Assembly: GCA_033763905.1 (NCBI GenBank)
Contig: JANRJP010000035.1
Location: 1 to 64,000, forward strand
Length of the DNA stretch: 64,000 nt
Direction: 5' to 3'
Source of the DNA: Gemmatimonadaceae bacterium
Lineage (GTDB): Bacteria > Gemmatimonadota > Gemmatimonadetes > Gemmatimonadales > Gemmatimonadaceae
The notes beneath the pieces are model-generated. The model saw nothing but the letters and a program-made list of their open reading frames with translations, made no database searches and was not told the origin of the DNA. The translations under genes and the position numbers were made by a program. This document shows positions 1-8,873 of this stretch, in pieces. Numbering within the stretch: position 1 is the stretch's first letter; every line of letters starts with the position of its first letter.

Positions 1-2
1 TG

Positions 3-197
3 CGGCGCGAGGGGCGCGATGTGCCGGTCCTGCTCGTCTCCGGCGAACTCTCGGACGCGCAGCGCGTGGCGATGGCCGCGCTGCCCGCGGTCACCGCGCT
101 GGGCAAGCCGTTCAGCGAAGACGAGTTGTTCGAAGCCCTCCGCTCGGTGCTGCCGCCCGACGACAGCGCGCGGCTCGATCACGCCGAGCGGCGCTAG
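3..197 (+). CDS. Partial CDS (3' end): C-terminal receiver (REC) domain of a response regulator or hybrid kinase
   Basis: Open frame from the window edge: RREGRDVPVLLVSGELSDAQRVAMAALPAVTALGKPFSEDELFEALRSVL, stop TAG 195-197. PVLLVSG and KPFxxxEL are typical of receiver beta4/beta5. Confidence 0.7.
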   Translation, partial: RREGRDVPVLLVSGELSDAQRVAMAALPAVTALGKPFSEDELFEALRSVLPPDDSARLDHAERR

Positions 198-1312
198 AAC
201 GCTTCGTTCAAATTGAGATAGAACGCTCGCCCGTCGTGGCCGCTCGCGATGTCCAGACGCAGGTGCGCCTGTGACGTCGCAAAGATCCGCCACCGCGCCC
301 CGGCCCCATACGACGGCAGCAGACGGCCGAGACTCATCGACTGAAAGTTGCGCGCGACTTCGCCTCCACCGGCGAACGCCGCGAGCACCAGGCGCCCCTT
401 GACCCGCACGCGCGTTTCGATCTGTGCCGCCGCCAACGCGCGATCGCGATACCGGCCGAGCGCGTAGCCGCGCATATACGACTTGGTTCCGAGGAGCGGC
501 AGGTCGTCGAACGGCGCCGAGCCGGTGAGCCCTTCGGCCACCGCCTGCGCGGCAAGCGTCACGCGACCGCGCGTCCGGTACACCCGCGCGTCGACATTGG
601 CGCGGGTGTAGGACCAGCCACCGCTGATCAGGTTCGGGATGGCGGCGCCGGCACCGAGCGTCACGAAGGCGCCGCGCTGCGGCGCCAGAATGTCGTCGCG
701 CGTGTCGAACAGCAGGGCCGAGCGCCACTGCACGAACGTCGCGCCGCGGGCGCCGGGAATCGTGTCGGGCTCGAGCAATCCGCCATCTTTGACGTCGTCG
801 ATCTCGAGCGCACTCAGCCGAAAGCCGCCCTGCACAAAGAGCCGCGGGGACAACCGCCGCTGCAGCGTGCCGCTCGCCAGCACACCCTGCGCGGTATAGA
901 TCTCCTCGTTGGCCTTGGGCGCCGTCGGCCCGTTCCCGTAGAATGGCAACGGATAGACGCGGTACTCCAGCTGGCCCTGCACGCGCCACGCGTTCTGTCC
1001 CCACCAGCGGTCGACGTCCCCAAAGATGCGCCACTGCGACTTCTGGGTGATCTGCGCGCCGAACTCGTACTGTCCCGGGCGGGAACCGTCGGCCGGCAGG
1101 TGCAACAGGTAGCCGAGGGCTGCGAAGGCGAAGCCCGTCTCCGGCTGGGACGTGAGCGCTGGCACCGCCAGAATCTTGATGCGCGGGGCGCTGTCGGCCG
1201 ACGCACCCTGCGCCGTGGCAGGCGCCGGACGCGGCGACGGCGCCGTCGCGCGGGGGACGCTGTCCGCTGGCGCGACGATCGCGGCGGCGAGGGCAAAAGG
1301 CAGGAAGAGCAC
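194..1312 (-). CDS. BamA/TamA (Omp85)-family outer-membrane beta-barrel protein
   Basis: N-terminal signal-like segment, MRGY loop motif (SYMRGYALGRYRD), amphipathic beta strands, C-terminal Phe (YLNLNEAF). Confidence 0.75.
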   Translation of the reverse strand: MLFLPFALAAAIVAPADSVPRATAPSPRPAPATAQGASADSAPRIKILAVPALTSQPETGFAFAALGYLLHLPADGSRPGQYEFGAQITQKSQWRIFGDVDRWWGQNAWRVQGQLEYRVYPLPFYGNGPTAPKANEEIYTAQGVLASGTLQRRLSPRLFVQGGFRLSALEIDDVKDGGLLEPDTIPGARGATFVQWRSALLFDTRDDILAPQRGAFVTLGAGAAIPNLISGGWSYTRANVDARVYRTRGRVTLAAQAVAEGLTGSAPFDDLPLLGTKSYMRGYALGRYRDRALAAAQIETRVRVKGRLVLAAFAGGGEVARNFQSMSLGRLLPSYGAGARWRIFATSQAHLRLDIASGHDGRAFYLNLNEAF

Positions 1313-1341
1313 GGGCGTAAACGTATGGGAAGCGCAACGTG

Positions 1342-1389
1342 TTGACCCGGGGGTACCGACCTTCTATCCTTCTATCCGGATAGCCGGAT
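1342..1389 (+). promoter_or_regulatory. Sigma70-like promoter with an overlapping palindromic operator upstream of the sahR-like gene
   Basis: TTGACC (1342-1347), 17-bp spacer, TATCCT (1365-1370). Inverted repeat ATCCGG-N4-CCGGAT at 1374-1389 overlaps the ATG. Confidence 0.6.
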
Positions 1390-2323
1390 GAATAGCGACC
1401 TTTACGCCCGCCTCGCAGCACTGGGCGACCCCACCCGGGTCCGCCTGTTGCTCGTGCTCGATCGCCACGCCCTGAGTGTCGGCGAATTGTGCACGGTGCT
1501 GCAGTTGCCGCAAAGCACGGTGAGCCGACACTTGAAGGTATTGGCCGACGACGGCTGGCTCACGGCGAGGGCGGACGGGACGAGTCGGCAGTACCGGGTA
1601 CCCGATGATCTCGACGCCGGCGCTCGCCGCTTGTGGCGGGTCGTTCGTGAGCAGGCCAGCGACGGGGAAACGCCGCAACTTGATGCCGCGCGCGCGGCGC
1701 AGGTGCTCGCGGAGCGGCGGGCGAAGTCGCAGGAGTTCTTCTCGAGTGCCGCGGGGCAGTGGGACGCCCTGCGGACCGAGTTGTTCGGCCGGCGGCAGGA
1801 CCTGCAGGCGCTGTTGGGCCTGTTGGATCCGTCCTGGCGCATCGGGGATCTGGGCTGCGGGACGGGCGAACTGTCGGCGCTGGTTGCCCCCTTCGTGCAG
1901 GAGGTGGTGGCGGTGGACGCATCGCGCCAGATGCTGGCCGCTGCCAAGCGACGACTCGCCGATGTGCCGAACGTGACCTTGCACGTGGGGGAGCTCGAGG
2001 CGTTGCCGATCGAGGACGGTGAGCTCGACGCCGCCGTCGTGTTTCTCGTCATGCACTACGTCGTCGATCCGGTGCGTGCGCTGACCGAGGTCGCGCGCAC
2101 CCTCAAGCCCGGCGGCACCTTGCTCGTGGTGGATATGGTCCCGCACGAACGCGAGGAGCTTCGCGTGCAGATGGGACACGTCTGGCCGGGCTTTCCCGCC
2201 GAGCAGCTGCACGCCTGGTACCAACAGGCCGGTCTCGAGCCGGGCCGCACCATCACGCTCCCCGTGGACCCCGCGGCGAAGGGTCCGCTCCTGTTCAGTT
2301 CCCGCACCCGCAAGCCGTCGTAG
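1388..2323 (+). CDS. sahR: ArsR-HTH / SAM-methyltransferase-fold fusion transcriptional regulator (SahR-like)
   Basis: N-terminal ArsR HTH (LGDPTRVRLL...QSTVSRHLKVL), C-terminal SAM-binding motif DLGCGTG, and position directly upstream of ahcY. Confidence 0.8.
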   Translation: MNSDLYARLAALGDPTRVRLLLVLDRHALSVGELCTVLQLPQSTVSRHLKVLADDGWLTARADGTSRQYRVPDDLDAGARRLWRVVREQASDGETPQLDAARAAQVLAERRAKSQEFFSSAAGQWDALRTELFGRRQDLQALLGLLDPSWRIGDLGCGTGELSALVAPFVQEVVAVDASRQMLAAAKRRLADVPNVTLHVGELEALPIEDGELDAAVVFLVMHYVVDPVRALTEVARTLKPGGTLLVVDMVPHEREELRVQMGHVWPGFPAEQLHAWYQQAGLEPGRTITLPVDPAAKGPLLFSSRTRKPS

Positions 2324-2408
2324 TACGTCGCAGTTCTTCCGCAGTGCTTTGCAGTTCTTCGTGCCTTCGTGGTTCATGCCGTTGCCCCTCACCTGACGAA
2401 TTCCTCTG

Positions 2409-3863
2409 ATGCCGACAACTACCGAACGCCTCCCCTTCAAGGTCGCCGACCTGTCTCTCGCCGAGTGGGGCCGCAAGGAAATCCGCCTCGCCGAACACGA
2501 AATGCCGGGGCTGATGGCGCTTCGCGCCGAACACAAGGGGAAGCAGCCCCTCAAGGGCGCCAAGATCATGGGCTCGCTGCATATGACGATCCAGACCGCG
2601 GTGCTGATCGAGACGCTCGTCGATCTCGGTGCCGACGTCCGCTGGGTGTCGTGCAACATCTTCTCGACGCAGGACCACGCGGCCGCGGCTGTCGCCGTCG
2701 GCCCGACGGGTACGGTCGAGAATCCGAAGGGCATCGCCGTGTACGCCTGGAAGGAAGAGACGCTCGAGGAGTACTGGTGGTGCACCGAGCAGGCCCTGAT
2801 GTGGCCCGACGGGACCGGCCCGAACCTCCTGCTCGATGACGGCGGCGACGCAACGCTGCTCGTGCACAAGGGCGCCGAGTTCGAGGCCGCCGGGGCCATC
2901 CCGTCGTTCGACGCGGACAACGAGCCCGAAGAGTGGGGCGTGATCCTCGATCTCCTGCGCGCGCAGGCGGCCGAGAACCCGGGCCGGTGGACCAAGGTCC
3001 TCGCCGGCATCCGCGGCGTGTCGGAAGAGACGACCACCGGCGTGCATCGTTTGTACGAGATGCAGAAGGCGGGCACGCTCGCGTTCCCGGCGATCAACGT
3101 CAACGACTCGGTCACGAAGTCGAAGTTCGACAACCTCTACGGCTGCCGGCATTCGGTCATCGACGGGCTCAACCGCGCGACCGACGTGATGCTCGCGGGC
3201 AAGATCTGCGTCGTCCTCGGCTACGGCGACGTGGGCAAGGGCTGCGCGCAGGCGCTCAAGGGGCAGGGCGCGCGCGTGGTGGTGACCGAGATCGACCCGA
3301 TCTGCGCGCTGCAGGCGGCACTCGAAGGCTACCAGGTGACGACGCTGGAAGACATCGTCGAAGTCGCCGACGTCTTCGTGTCGGCCACGGGCAACAAGAA
3401 CGTCATCCGCGTCGAGCATATGGGGCGGATGAAGGACAAGGCGATCGTCGCCAACATCGGCCACTTCGACAACGAAATCGACATCGCCGGTCTCAAGAAG
3501 GTCGAAGGCGCCAAGCGGATCAACATCAAGCCGCAGTACGATGAGTACGTGCTGCCGAACGGCCGCTCGATCCTGCTGCTCGCCGAAGGCCGCCTGATGA
3601 ACCTGGGCTGCGCGACGGGGCACCCGAGCTTCGTGATGTCAGCGTCGTTCACCAATCAGGTGCTGGCGCAGCTCGAGCTGCACCAGAAGGCCGAGCAGTA
3701 CGAGAAGAAGGTCTACGTGCTGCCGAAGCACCTCGACGAAAAGGTGGCGCGTCTGCACCTGGCCAAGCTCGGCGTGAAGCTCACCGAGCTCGCGGCCGAT
3801 CAGGCGGCGTACATCGGCGTGCCGCAGCAGGGCCCGTACAAGGCCGAGCACTACCGGTACTAA
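2409..3863 (+). CDS. ahcY: Adenosylhomocysteinase (SAH hydrolase)
   Basis: [58 protein letters not shown]-terminal HYRY. Confidence 0.98.
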   Translation: MPTTTERLPFKVADLSLAEWGRKEIRLAEHEMPGLMALRAEHKGKQPLKGAKIMGSLHMTIQTAVLIETLVDLGADVRWVSCNIFSTQDHAAAAVAVGPTGTVENPKGIAVYAWKEETLEEYWWCTEQALMWPDGTGPNLLLDDGGDATLLVHKGAEFEAAGAIPSFDADNEPEEWGVILDLLRAQAAENPGRWTKVLAGIRGVSEETTTGVHRLYEMQKAGTLAFPAINVNDSVTKSKFDNLYGCRHSVIDGLNRATDVMLAGKICVVLGYGDVGKGCAQALKGQGARVVVTEIDPICALQAALEGYQVTTLEDIVEVADVFVSATGNKNVIRVEHMGRMKDKAIVANIGHFDNEIDIAGLKKVEGAKRINIKPQYDEYVLPNGRSILLLAEGRLMNLGCATGHPSFVMSASFTNQVLAQLELHQKAEQYEKKVYVLPKHLDEKVARLHLAKLGVKLTELAADQAAYIGVPQQGPYKAEHYRY

Positions 3864-3866
3864 GCG

Positions 3867-3934
3867 TCCAGCCGGGGTTGTCAGACCCCACTGGAGAAAG
3901 ACAGGCACCCCGCAGAAGATTGCGGGGTGCCTTT
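3867..3934 (+). terminator. Tandem hairpins; probable intrinsic terminator after ahcY
   Basis: Perfect 12-bp stem AGGCACCCCGCA (3903-3914) / TGCGGGGTGCCT (3921-3932) followed by a short T tract. A second imperfect hairpin lies at 3867-3895. Confidence 0.6.
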
Positions 3935-4421
3935 GCTATCCCGTCCCTTGCGTCGCAGTGCGGCGATTCGGCTGACCTTCCTGCACGGACTGGTGGTGGG
4001 TGTTGCCGGTTGCTCGGACGCCGCGATCACGCCCGATCCGTGTGAGCCGGAGCTCTACGATCCGGTGACGTGCCAACGCGCCGTCGCCAACGGCGGCTAC
4101 TTCTACCGTGGCTCGTGGGTGCCGCGTGCGTATCCGCACCCGTTCCTGTACTACGGCAGCACACACGACGCCTACGTCGCGCGGGGCGGTCGGGCGTACG
4201 CGGCCCCAGCGTCGGCCTACGCGGCGCCGTATCGGGGGCCCGACGCACGCGCGGCCGACGTCGTCGGCGCGGTCACTCCAGAAGGCACGCGCCTCTCGGC
4301 GGCGCGAATGTCGGCGATCGGCAGGGCGGGAGGATCCTTCGCGGCCGCGCGATCGGGACCCACCGCGAGTCGTGGCGGTTTTGGGAGCACCGGCACCCGC
4401 GGAGTCGTGCGCGGTGGGTGA
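3927..4421 (+). CDS. DUF1190/YgiB-like lipoprotein with a C-terminal RGGFG tail
   Basis: Lipobox-like GVAGC, Tyr/Gly-rich middle, terminal SRGGFGSTG motif, and position upstream of a GspS-like gene. Start is uncertain because it overlaps the terminator stem. Confidence 0.6.
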   Translation: MPLLSRPLRRSAAIRLTFLHGLVVGVAGCSDAAITPDPCEPELYDPVTCQRAVANGGYFYRGSWVPRAYPHPFLYYGSTHDAYVARGGRAYAAPASAYAAPYRGPDARAADVVGAVTPEGTRLSAARMSAIGRAGGSFAAARSGPTASRGGFGSTGTRGVVRGG

Positions 4422-4800
4422 CGGGGCTCGGCACATCACGTGGGCGATGCTCAGCGTTGCGGCCTGCGGTGGCGGCATTTCGGCGCGCGAGGCCGAAGAG
4501 CCGGCGCGAAGGGCTCGCGCGAAGGAGGCGATGATCGCCGAGGCCCGCGCGGCGGCGAGAGAGGAATCGCTCTTCGTCGCGGAATCGATTGCCTTCGTGT
4601 CGAGCTTTACGGTGGACACCGTGGCGGCGGTGATCGACAGCCTGCCCGGCAGCCCGTCGTCAGAAGGCGTCGACGAGGATGGTGCCCCGCGATTCTACGC
4701 GCGCAGCACCCGGGGCGCCCTGTGCGGGATTACCGGCTCGCTGAGTTATCGTCTGGCCCCCGGCGACACGCTGCGGTGCCAGTGGATCCCTAGGCCGTGA
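4414..4800 (+). CDS. Hypothetical lipoprotein
   Basis: GTG overlaps the upstream stop, lipobox-like LSVAAC, and the stop overlaps the next GTG (translational coupling on both sides). Confidence 0.5.
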   Translation: MGDGARHITWAMLSVAACGGGISAREAEEPARRARAKEAMIAEARAAAREESLFVAESIAFVSSFTVDTVAAVIDSLPGSPSSEGVDEDGAPRFYARSTRGALCGITGSLSYRLAPGDTLRCQWIPRP

Positions 4801-5942
4801 GGCGTCGGACGCATCCGCCGAGAGTCGATTGGCGTCGCAAGGTCGAGTCGGTCGGGTTGGCGTGGCACTCGGCGTCCGGGCCGTACTGGAACGAGTCGGC
4901 GCACTACGTCTTCACGTCGGAGGAGATCGATCGCGTGGAGGCCGCAACGAACACGCTGCACGAGATGTGTCTCGAGGCCGCGGCGAAGGTCATCGCCGAC
5001 GGGTGGTACGCGCGCCTCGCCATCCCGGCGGCGATTGTCCCGCTGATCGAGGCGTCGTGGGACGCGGACCCGCCGTCGCTCTACGGACGCTTCGATCTGG
5101 CGTACGATGGCGTTGGCGAGCCGAAGCTGCTGGAGTACAACGCGGATACGCCGACGTCGCTCGTCGAGGCCTCCCTCGCGCAGTGGTTCTGGTTGCAGGA
5201 GACCCACCCGCATCTCGACCAGTTCAACGCGATCCACGAGCGGCTGATCGCGCGGTGGGCGGCCCTCGCGCCGCATCTTGCGGGGTCGCCACTGCACTTC
5301 GCCGGGGTCGAGGATCTCGAGGATGGCGTCACCTTGGCCTATCTGCGGGATACGGCGGAGCAGGCGGGTATCCGGTGCACCTCGGTGCCCATCAACCGGA
5401 TTGGGCTCACCACGGATGGCTTCTTCACCGATCTCGACGATCAGGTGATCGAATCGGTGTTCAAGCTCTATCCCTGGGAGTGGCTCTCGACCGAGGACCC
5501 TCGCTTCGTGCAGGCCCTCGTCGATCTCGGCACGCGGATGCAGTGGATCGAGCCCGCGTGGAAACTGCTGCTCTCGAGCAAGGGCATTCTGGCCGTACTG
5601 TGGGAGCTGTTTCCGGATCACCCGAACCTGTTGCCCGCCACGCTCGATGCGTCAAGCACGCTCACGTGGGACGCGTATGTCAGCAAGCCGTTGCTGTCAC
5701 GGGAAGGAGCCAACGTGACGGTGACGATGTTCGATCAGGTGCTGATGAAGACCGGCGGACAGTACGGCCGCGAGGGGCTGGTGCACCAAGGCCTCGCGAC
5801 GATTCCGCAGTTCGATGGTCGGTATCCGGTGATCGGCTCGTGGGTCATCGGAGACGTCGCGTCGGGGATGGGGATTCGCGAATCGCCCACGCTGGTCACG
5901 AACAACGTGTCGCAGTTCGTGCCGCACGTGATCGAGGGCTGA
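4797..5942 (+). CDS. Glutathionylspermidine synthase-like ATP-grasp protein (YgiC/YjfC family)
   Basis: YGRFDL, KLLEYNADTPTSL, FKLYPWEW, EPAWK...SKGIL...LWELFPDHPNLLP, KPLLSREGANV, GIRES...FVPH. Confidence 0.9.
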   Translation: MRRRTHPPRVDWRRKVESVGLAWHSASGPYWNESAHYVFTSEEIDRVEAATNTLHEMCLEAAAKVIADGWYARLAIPAAIVPLIEASWDADPPSLYGRFDLAYDGVGEPKLLEYNADTPTSLVEASLAQWFWLQETHPHLDQFNAIHERLIARWAALAPHLAGSPLHFAGVEDLEDGVTLAYLRDTAEQAGIRCTSVPINRIGLTTDGFFTDLDDQVIESVFKLYPWEWLSTEDPRFVQALVDLGTRMQWIEPAWKLLLSSKGILAVLWELFPDHPNLLPATLDASSTLTWDAYVSKPLLSREGANVTVTMFDQVLMKTGGQYGREGLVHQGLATIPQFDGRYPVIGSWVIGDVASGMGIRESPTLVTNNVSQFVPHVIEG

Positions 5943-5964
5943 GTCGGCGGTCGAAGGTCGTCGG

Positions 5965-6903
5965 CTACGGCGCGAGTCGGTCCGCCAGCGCGCCGGCGAA
6001 CATCACCGCCGAGAGCACAGCGTTCAGTCGGTAGAACACTGCGGGCAGCGCGGCGATCCCGCGGGTGGCCAGCATCCAGTGCTGGGCCGTGAGCAGCGCG
6101 GCGGCGACGCCAACCGCCGCACTGAAGGCCGGACCCAGGCCAGCGCCGATGCCGTAGAGGGCGAAGAGCGGAATGGCCACCGCGTGCAGCCACCGCGCCG
6201 CGATGATCGCACGCGGACGCCCAAGCATGGTCACCAGGCTCTTGAGTCCGTGCGCGATGTCGAACTCGAGATCCGGGAGCGCGTGGAACAGATCGAACGC
6301 CGCGACCCAGCAGGTCACGCCACCCGCGATCGCGACCAGCACCCACCACGGGTCGCTCCACGCGCCAGTCACGGCGAGCCAGGCGCCGACCGGCGCGATC
6401 GCGAGCGACACACCGAGCCATACCTGCGTGAGATGCGTGAAGCGCTTGCTGAGCGAATAGGTCAGGACCCACGCCAGCGCGACGGGGCCCAGTGCGCGGG
6501 TGAGCGGATTGATCATCGCGGCGGTCACGAGAAACACGCCGGAGGACAGCAGCACCGACCCCAGCGCTTGCCGAGGGCTGATGGCGCCGCGGGGCAGTTC
6601 ACGATGCGCGTTACGGGGATTCACGGCGTCCCAGTGCCGGTCCGCCAGCATATTGAACGACAAGGCTGCCCAGCGCGCGGCCGTAAACGCCACGACGACC
6701 AAGGTCACCAGCGTCGGCGTGATCGGCGCGACGCGTGACGCCCCAATCACGCCGACCAGCGCAAAGGGCAGCGCGAAGAGCGTGTGCGGGAACTTCACCA
6801 GGTTCAGGTACTGCGTGAGGCGTCCCGAGCCCGCGATCACCTGACCGTCGAGCGGGAAGTGCGCGTCTGCCGTAGTGGTTTTCCCGATGTCGGAACGCGT
6901 CAT
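5965..6903 (-). CDS. UbiA-family prenyltransferase (MqnP / 4-hydroxybenzoate polyprenyltransferase-like)
   Basis: KFPHTLFALPFA, FNMLADRHWDAVNPRNAHRELP, YSLSKRFT, FDLFHALPDLEFD, and multiple TM helices. Start moved to ATG 6903. Confidence 0.85.
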   Translation of the reverse strand: MTRSDIGKTTTADAHFPLDGQVIAGSGRLTQYLNLVKFPHTLFALPFALVGVIGASRVAPITPTLVTLVVVAFTAARWAALSFNMLADRHWDAVNPRNAHRELPRGAISPRQALGSVLLSSGVFLVTAAMINPLTRALGPVALAWVLTYSLSKRFTHLTQVWLGVSLAIAPVGAWLAVTGAWSDPWWVLVAIAGGVTCWVAAFDLFHALPDLEFDIAHGLKSLVTMLGRPRAIIAARWLHAVAIPLFALYGIGAGLGPAFSAAVGVAAALLTAQHWMLATRGIAALPAVFYRLNAVLSAVMFAGALADRLAP

Positions 6904-6992
6904 ATGGACGCACATAATACGCAGTGACGGCGCTGCGCGAGTGGTCTGCCGTCGCCCGTGGTCTGCAACGTGCACACTGGAGCGAACGGGAT

Positions 6993-7526
6993 ATGGACGA
7001 TCGGGATGCCATCATCGCTGCGGTCAAGGCGAGCGAGAACTTCATCAGTGAGATTCGATACATCGGCCGCGGAGGATACGCGGTGGAAGACCAGCCGAGG
7101 CTGTACAAGAACCTCGAGCACGACGTGGTGCGAGTGGTCTTTCCCACCACGGTGACCGAAGTCGCCGACGGGACCATCGTCGGGATGGTCTGCCTGTACG
7201 ACCGGAAGAACCAGTACAACATCTACACCCATACGCTGTGCGCGGGACCGGGGACGAACATTCTCCTCCGCGCGTTCGACAGTCCGATGCCGCAAGCCTC
7301 TCCGCAACCACAGCCGCTCGGCAACAAGGCCATTCGACAGTTCGTCGCGTGGAAAGAGGCGGCCTGGGTCAAGTTCCTCAATGACGAGCTCGAGCTGGGC
7401 ACGGAGAGTGCCTCGCGCCTGTGGTTGGCGAACTTCTGGAAGGCGCTCGATCGAATGTTCGGGTACGGGTACCTGATGGGATTCGATCCCGACGCGGTGC
7501 GGCGGGAGCATTCGATGCGGGAGTAG
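6993..7526 (+). CDS. Hypothetical soluble protein
   Basis: Strong GC3 codon bias, globular-looking 177-aa sequence, GGAG upstream. No family recognised. Confidence 0.7.
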   Translation: MDDRDAIIAAVKASENFISEIRYIGRGGYAVEDQPRLYKNLEHDVVRVVFPTTVTEVADGTIVGMVCLYDRKNQYNIYTHTLCAGPGTNILLRAFDSPMPQASPQPQPLGNKAIRQFVAWKEAAWVKFLNDELELGTESASRLWLANFWKALDRMFGYGYLMGFDPDAVRREHSMRE

Positions 7527-7650
7527 CAGGCGCTGTCGGTCGCTCGCTGACTGGACCGGTCGGGCAATTCCGTACACCGATCCGCCGGTTTACCCCATAG
7601 GCGAGCCGCGACCGAGTCACGACACTAGTGCGCAACTCCGCCGTTGGGCG

Positions 7651-7667
7651 GTGTGAACGGTTCACAC
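7651..7667. promoter_or_regulatory. Perfect inverted repeat; candidate operator upstream of the hydrogenase operon
   Basis: GTGTGAAC-G-GTTCACAC, 42 bp upstream of the small-subunit ATG. Confidence 0.45.
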
Positions 7668-7709
7668 TGACCGCGGCCCTGCGACCCTCGCGTCTGATTC
7701 GGAGCGCCG

Positions 7710-8858
7710 ATGTTCAACCCCACGCAGCTTCCGTGGCGAAAGGACGAGCCTCTCGTCGAGTATCTCGAACAGACGGGTGTGCCGCGACGGGAGTTTCTCA
7801 AGTTCTGCGGCGAGATGGCGGTGATGCTGGGTCTCGCCTCCGCCGTGTCACCTCGTATCGCCAACGCCTTGGCCGCGATCAAGCGGCCCCCGGTGATCTG
7901 GCTGTCGCTGCAAGAATGCACCGGCTGCGTCGAGAGCGTGCTCCGATCGTCGACGCCCACGATCGGTGAGCTGCTCCTCGACACGATCTCGCTGGATTTC
8001 CAGGAGAACCTGATGGCCGCTGCGGGGCATCAGGTCGAGAAGGCGCTGCACGACTCGATGAAGGCCAACCACGGCAAGTACATTCTCGTGGTGACCGGAT
8101 CGATCCCGACGAAGGAGTCCGGGATCTATACCACCATCGCCGGTCGCACCGCCGAAGATCATCTGCGCGAGGCGGCCGCCGGTGCGTCAGCTGTGGTGGC
8201 GCTCGGCGCCTGTGCGCATTGGGGCAACGTGCAGGCGGCGAAGCCGAACCCCACCGGCGCGGTGGGAGTTCGCGACATCGTCACCGACAAGCCGGTGGTG
8301 AACATCGCAGGGTGCCCGCCTATCGCCGACGTCGTGACGGCCACCATCGTCCACATCCTGACGTTTGGCAGCATCCCCGAGTTGGATCGCGAGGGGCGTC
8401 CGAAGTTCGCGTACGGCGCGAAGATCCACGACCAGTGTCCGCGGCGTGCCAACTACGACGCCGGCCAGTTCGTCGAGCGCTTCGACGATGTGGCGGCGCG
8501 CGAGGGCTACTGCCTCTACCACGTCGGCTGCAAGGGACCGGAGACCTTCTCGCCGTGTCCGATCTTCATGTGGAACAGCAAGACCAGCTGGCCGATCGGC
8601 GCCGGGCATCCCTGCATCGGCTGCACCGAGCCCAACTTTTGGGACACGATGACGCCGTTCTACACGCGCCTGCCGAACACGGCGGGCATTCCGGTCGAAC
8701 GGACGGCGGACATCGTCGGTGGAGTCCTGACCGCTGCGGCGGTCGGCGGCATCGCGATACACGCGACCGCCACGACGATCACACGTATGCGCAACAAGCG
8801 GGATCTGCCCATCCACCCGTCGCACGGTGGCACGGGATCCAACACACCGTCCACCTGA
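7710..8858 (+). CDS. hyaA: [NiFe]-hydrogenase group 1 small subunit, Tat-exported with a C-terminal membrane anchor
   Basis: Tat motif RREFLK; ECTGC, GACAHWG, GCPP, HDQCPRR, CLYHVGCKGP, WPIGAGHPCIGC; C-terminal TM helix. Confidence 0.95.
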   Translation: MFNPTQLPWRKDEPLVEYLEQTGVPRREFLKFCGEMAVMLGLASAVSPRIANALAAIKRPPVIWLSLQECTGCVESVLRSSTPTIGELLLDTISLDFQENLMAAAGHQVEKALHDSMKANHGKYILVVTGSIPTKESGIYTTIAGRTAEDHLREAAAGASAVVALGACAHWGNVQAAKPNPTGAVGVRDIVTDKPVVNIAGCPPIADVVTATIVHILTFGSIPELDREGRPKFAYGAKIHDQCPRRANYDAGQFVERFDDVAAREGYCLYHVGCKGPETFSPCPIFMWNSKTSWPIGAGHPCIGCTEPNFWDTMTPFYTRLPNTAGIPVERTADIVGGVLTAAAVGGIAIHATATTITRMRNKRDLPIHPSHGGTGSNTPST

Positions 8859-8873
8859 GCGAGGCATACGGCA

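Noticed and set aside
2324..2408. Possible SAH or SAM riboswitch upstream of ahcY
   Set aside because: No recognisable SAH or SAM aptamer core. Regulation is better explained by the SahR-like protein.
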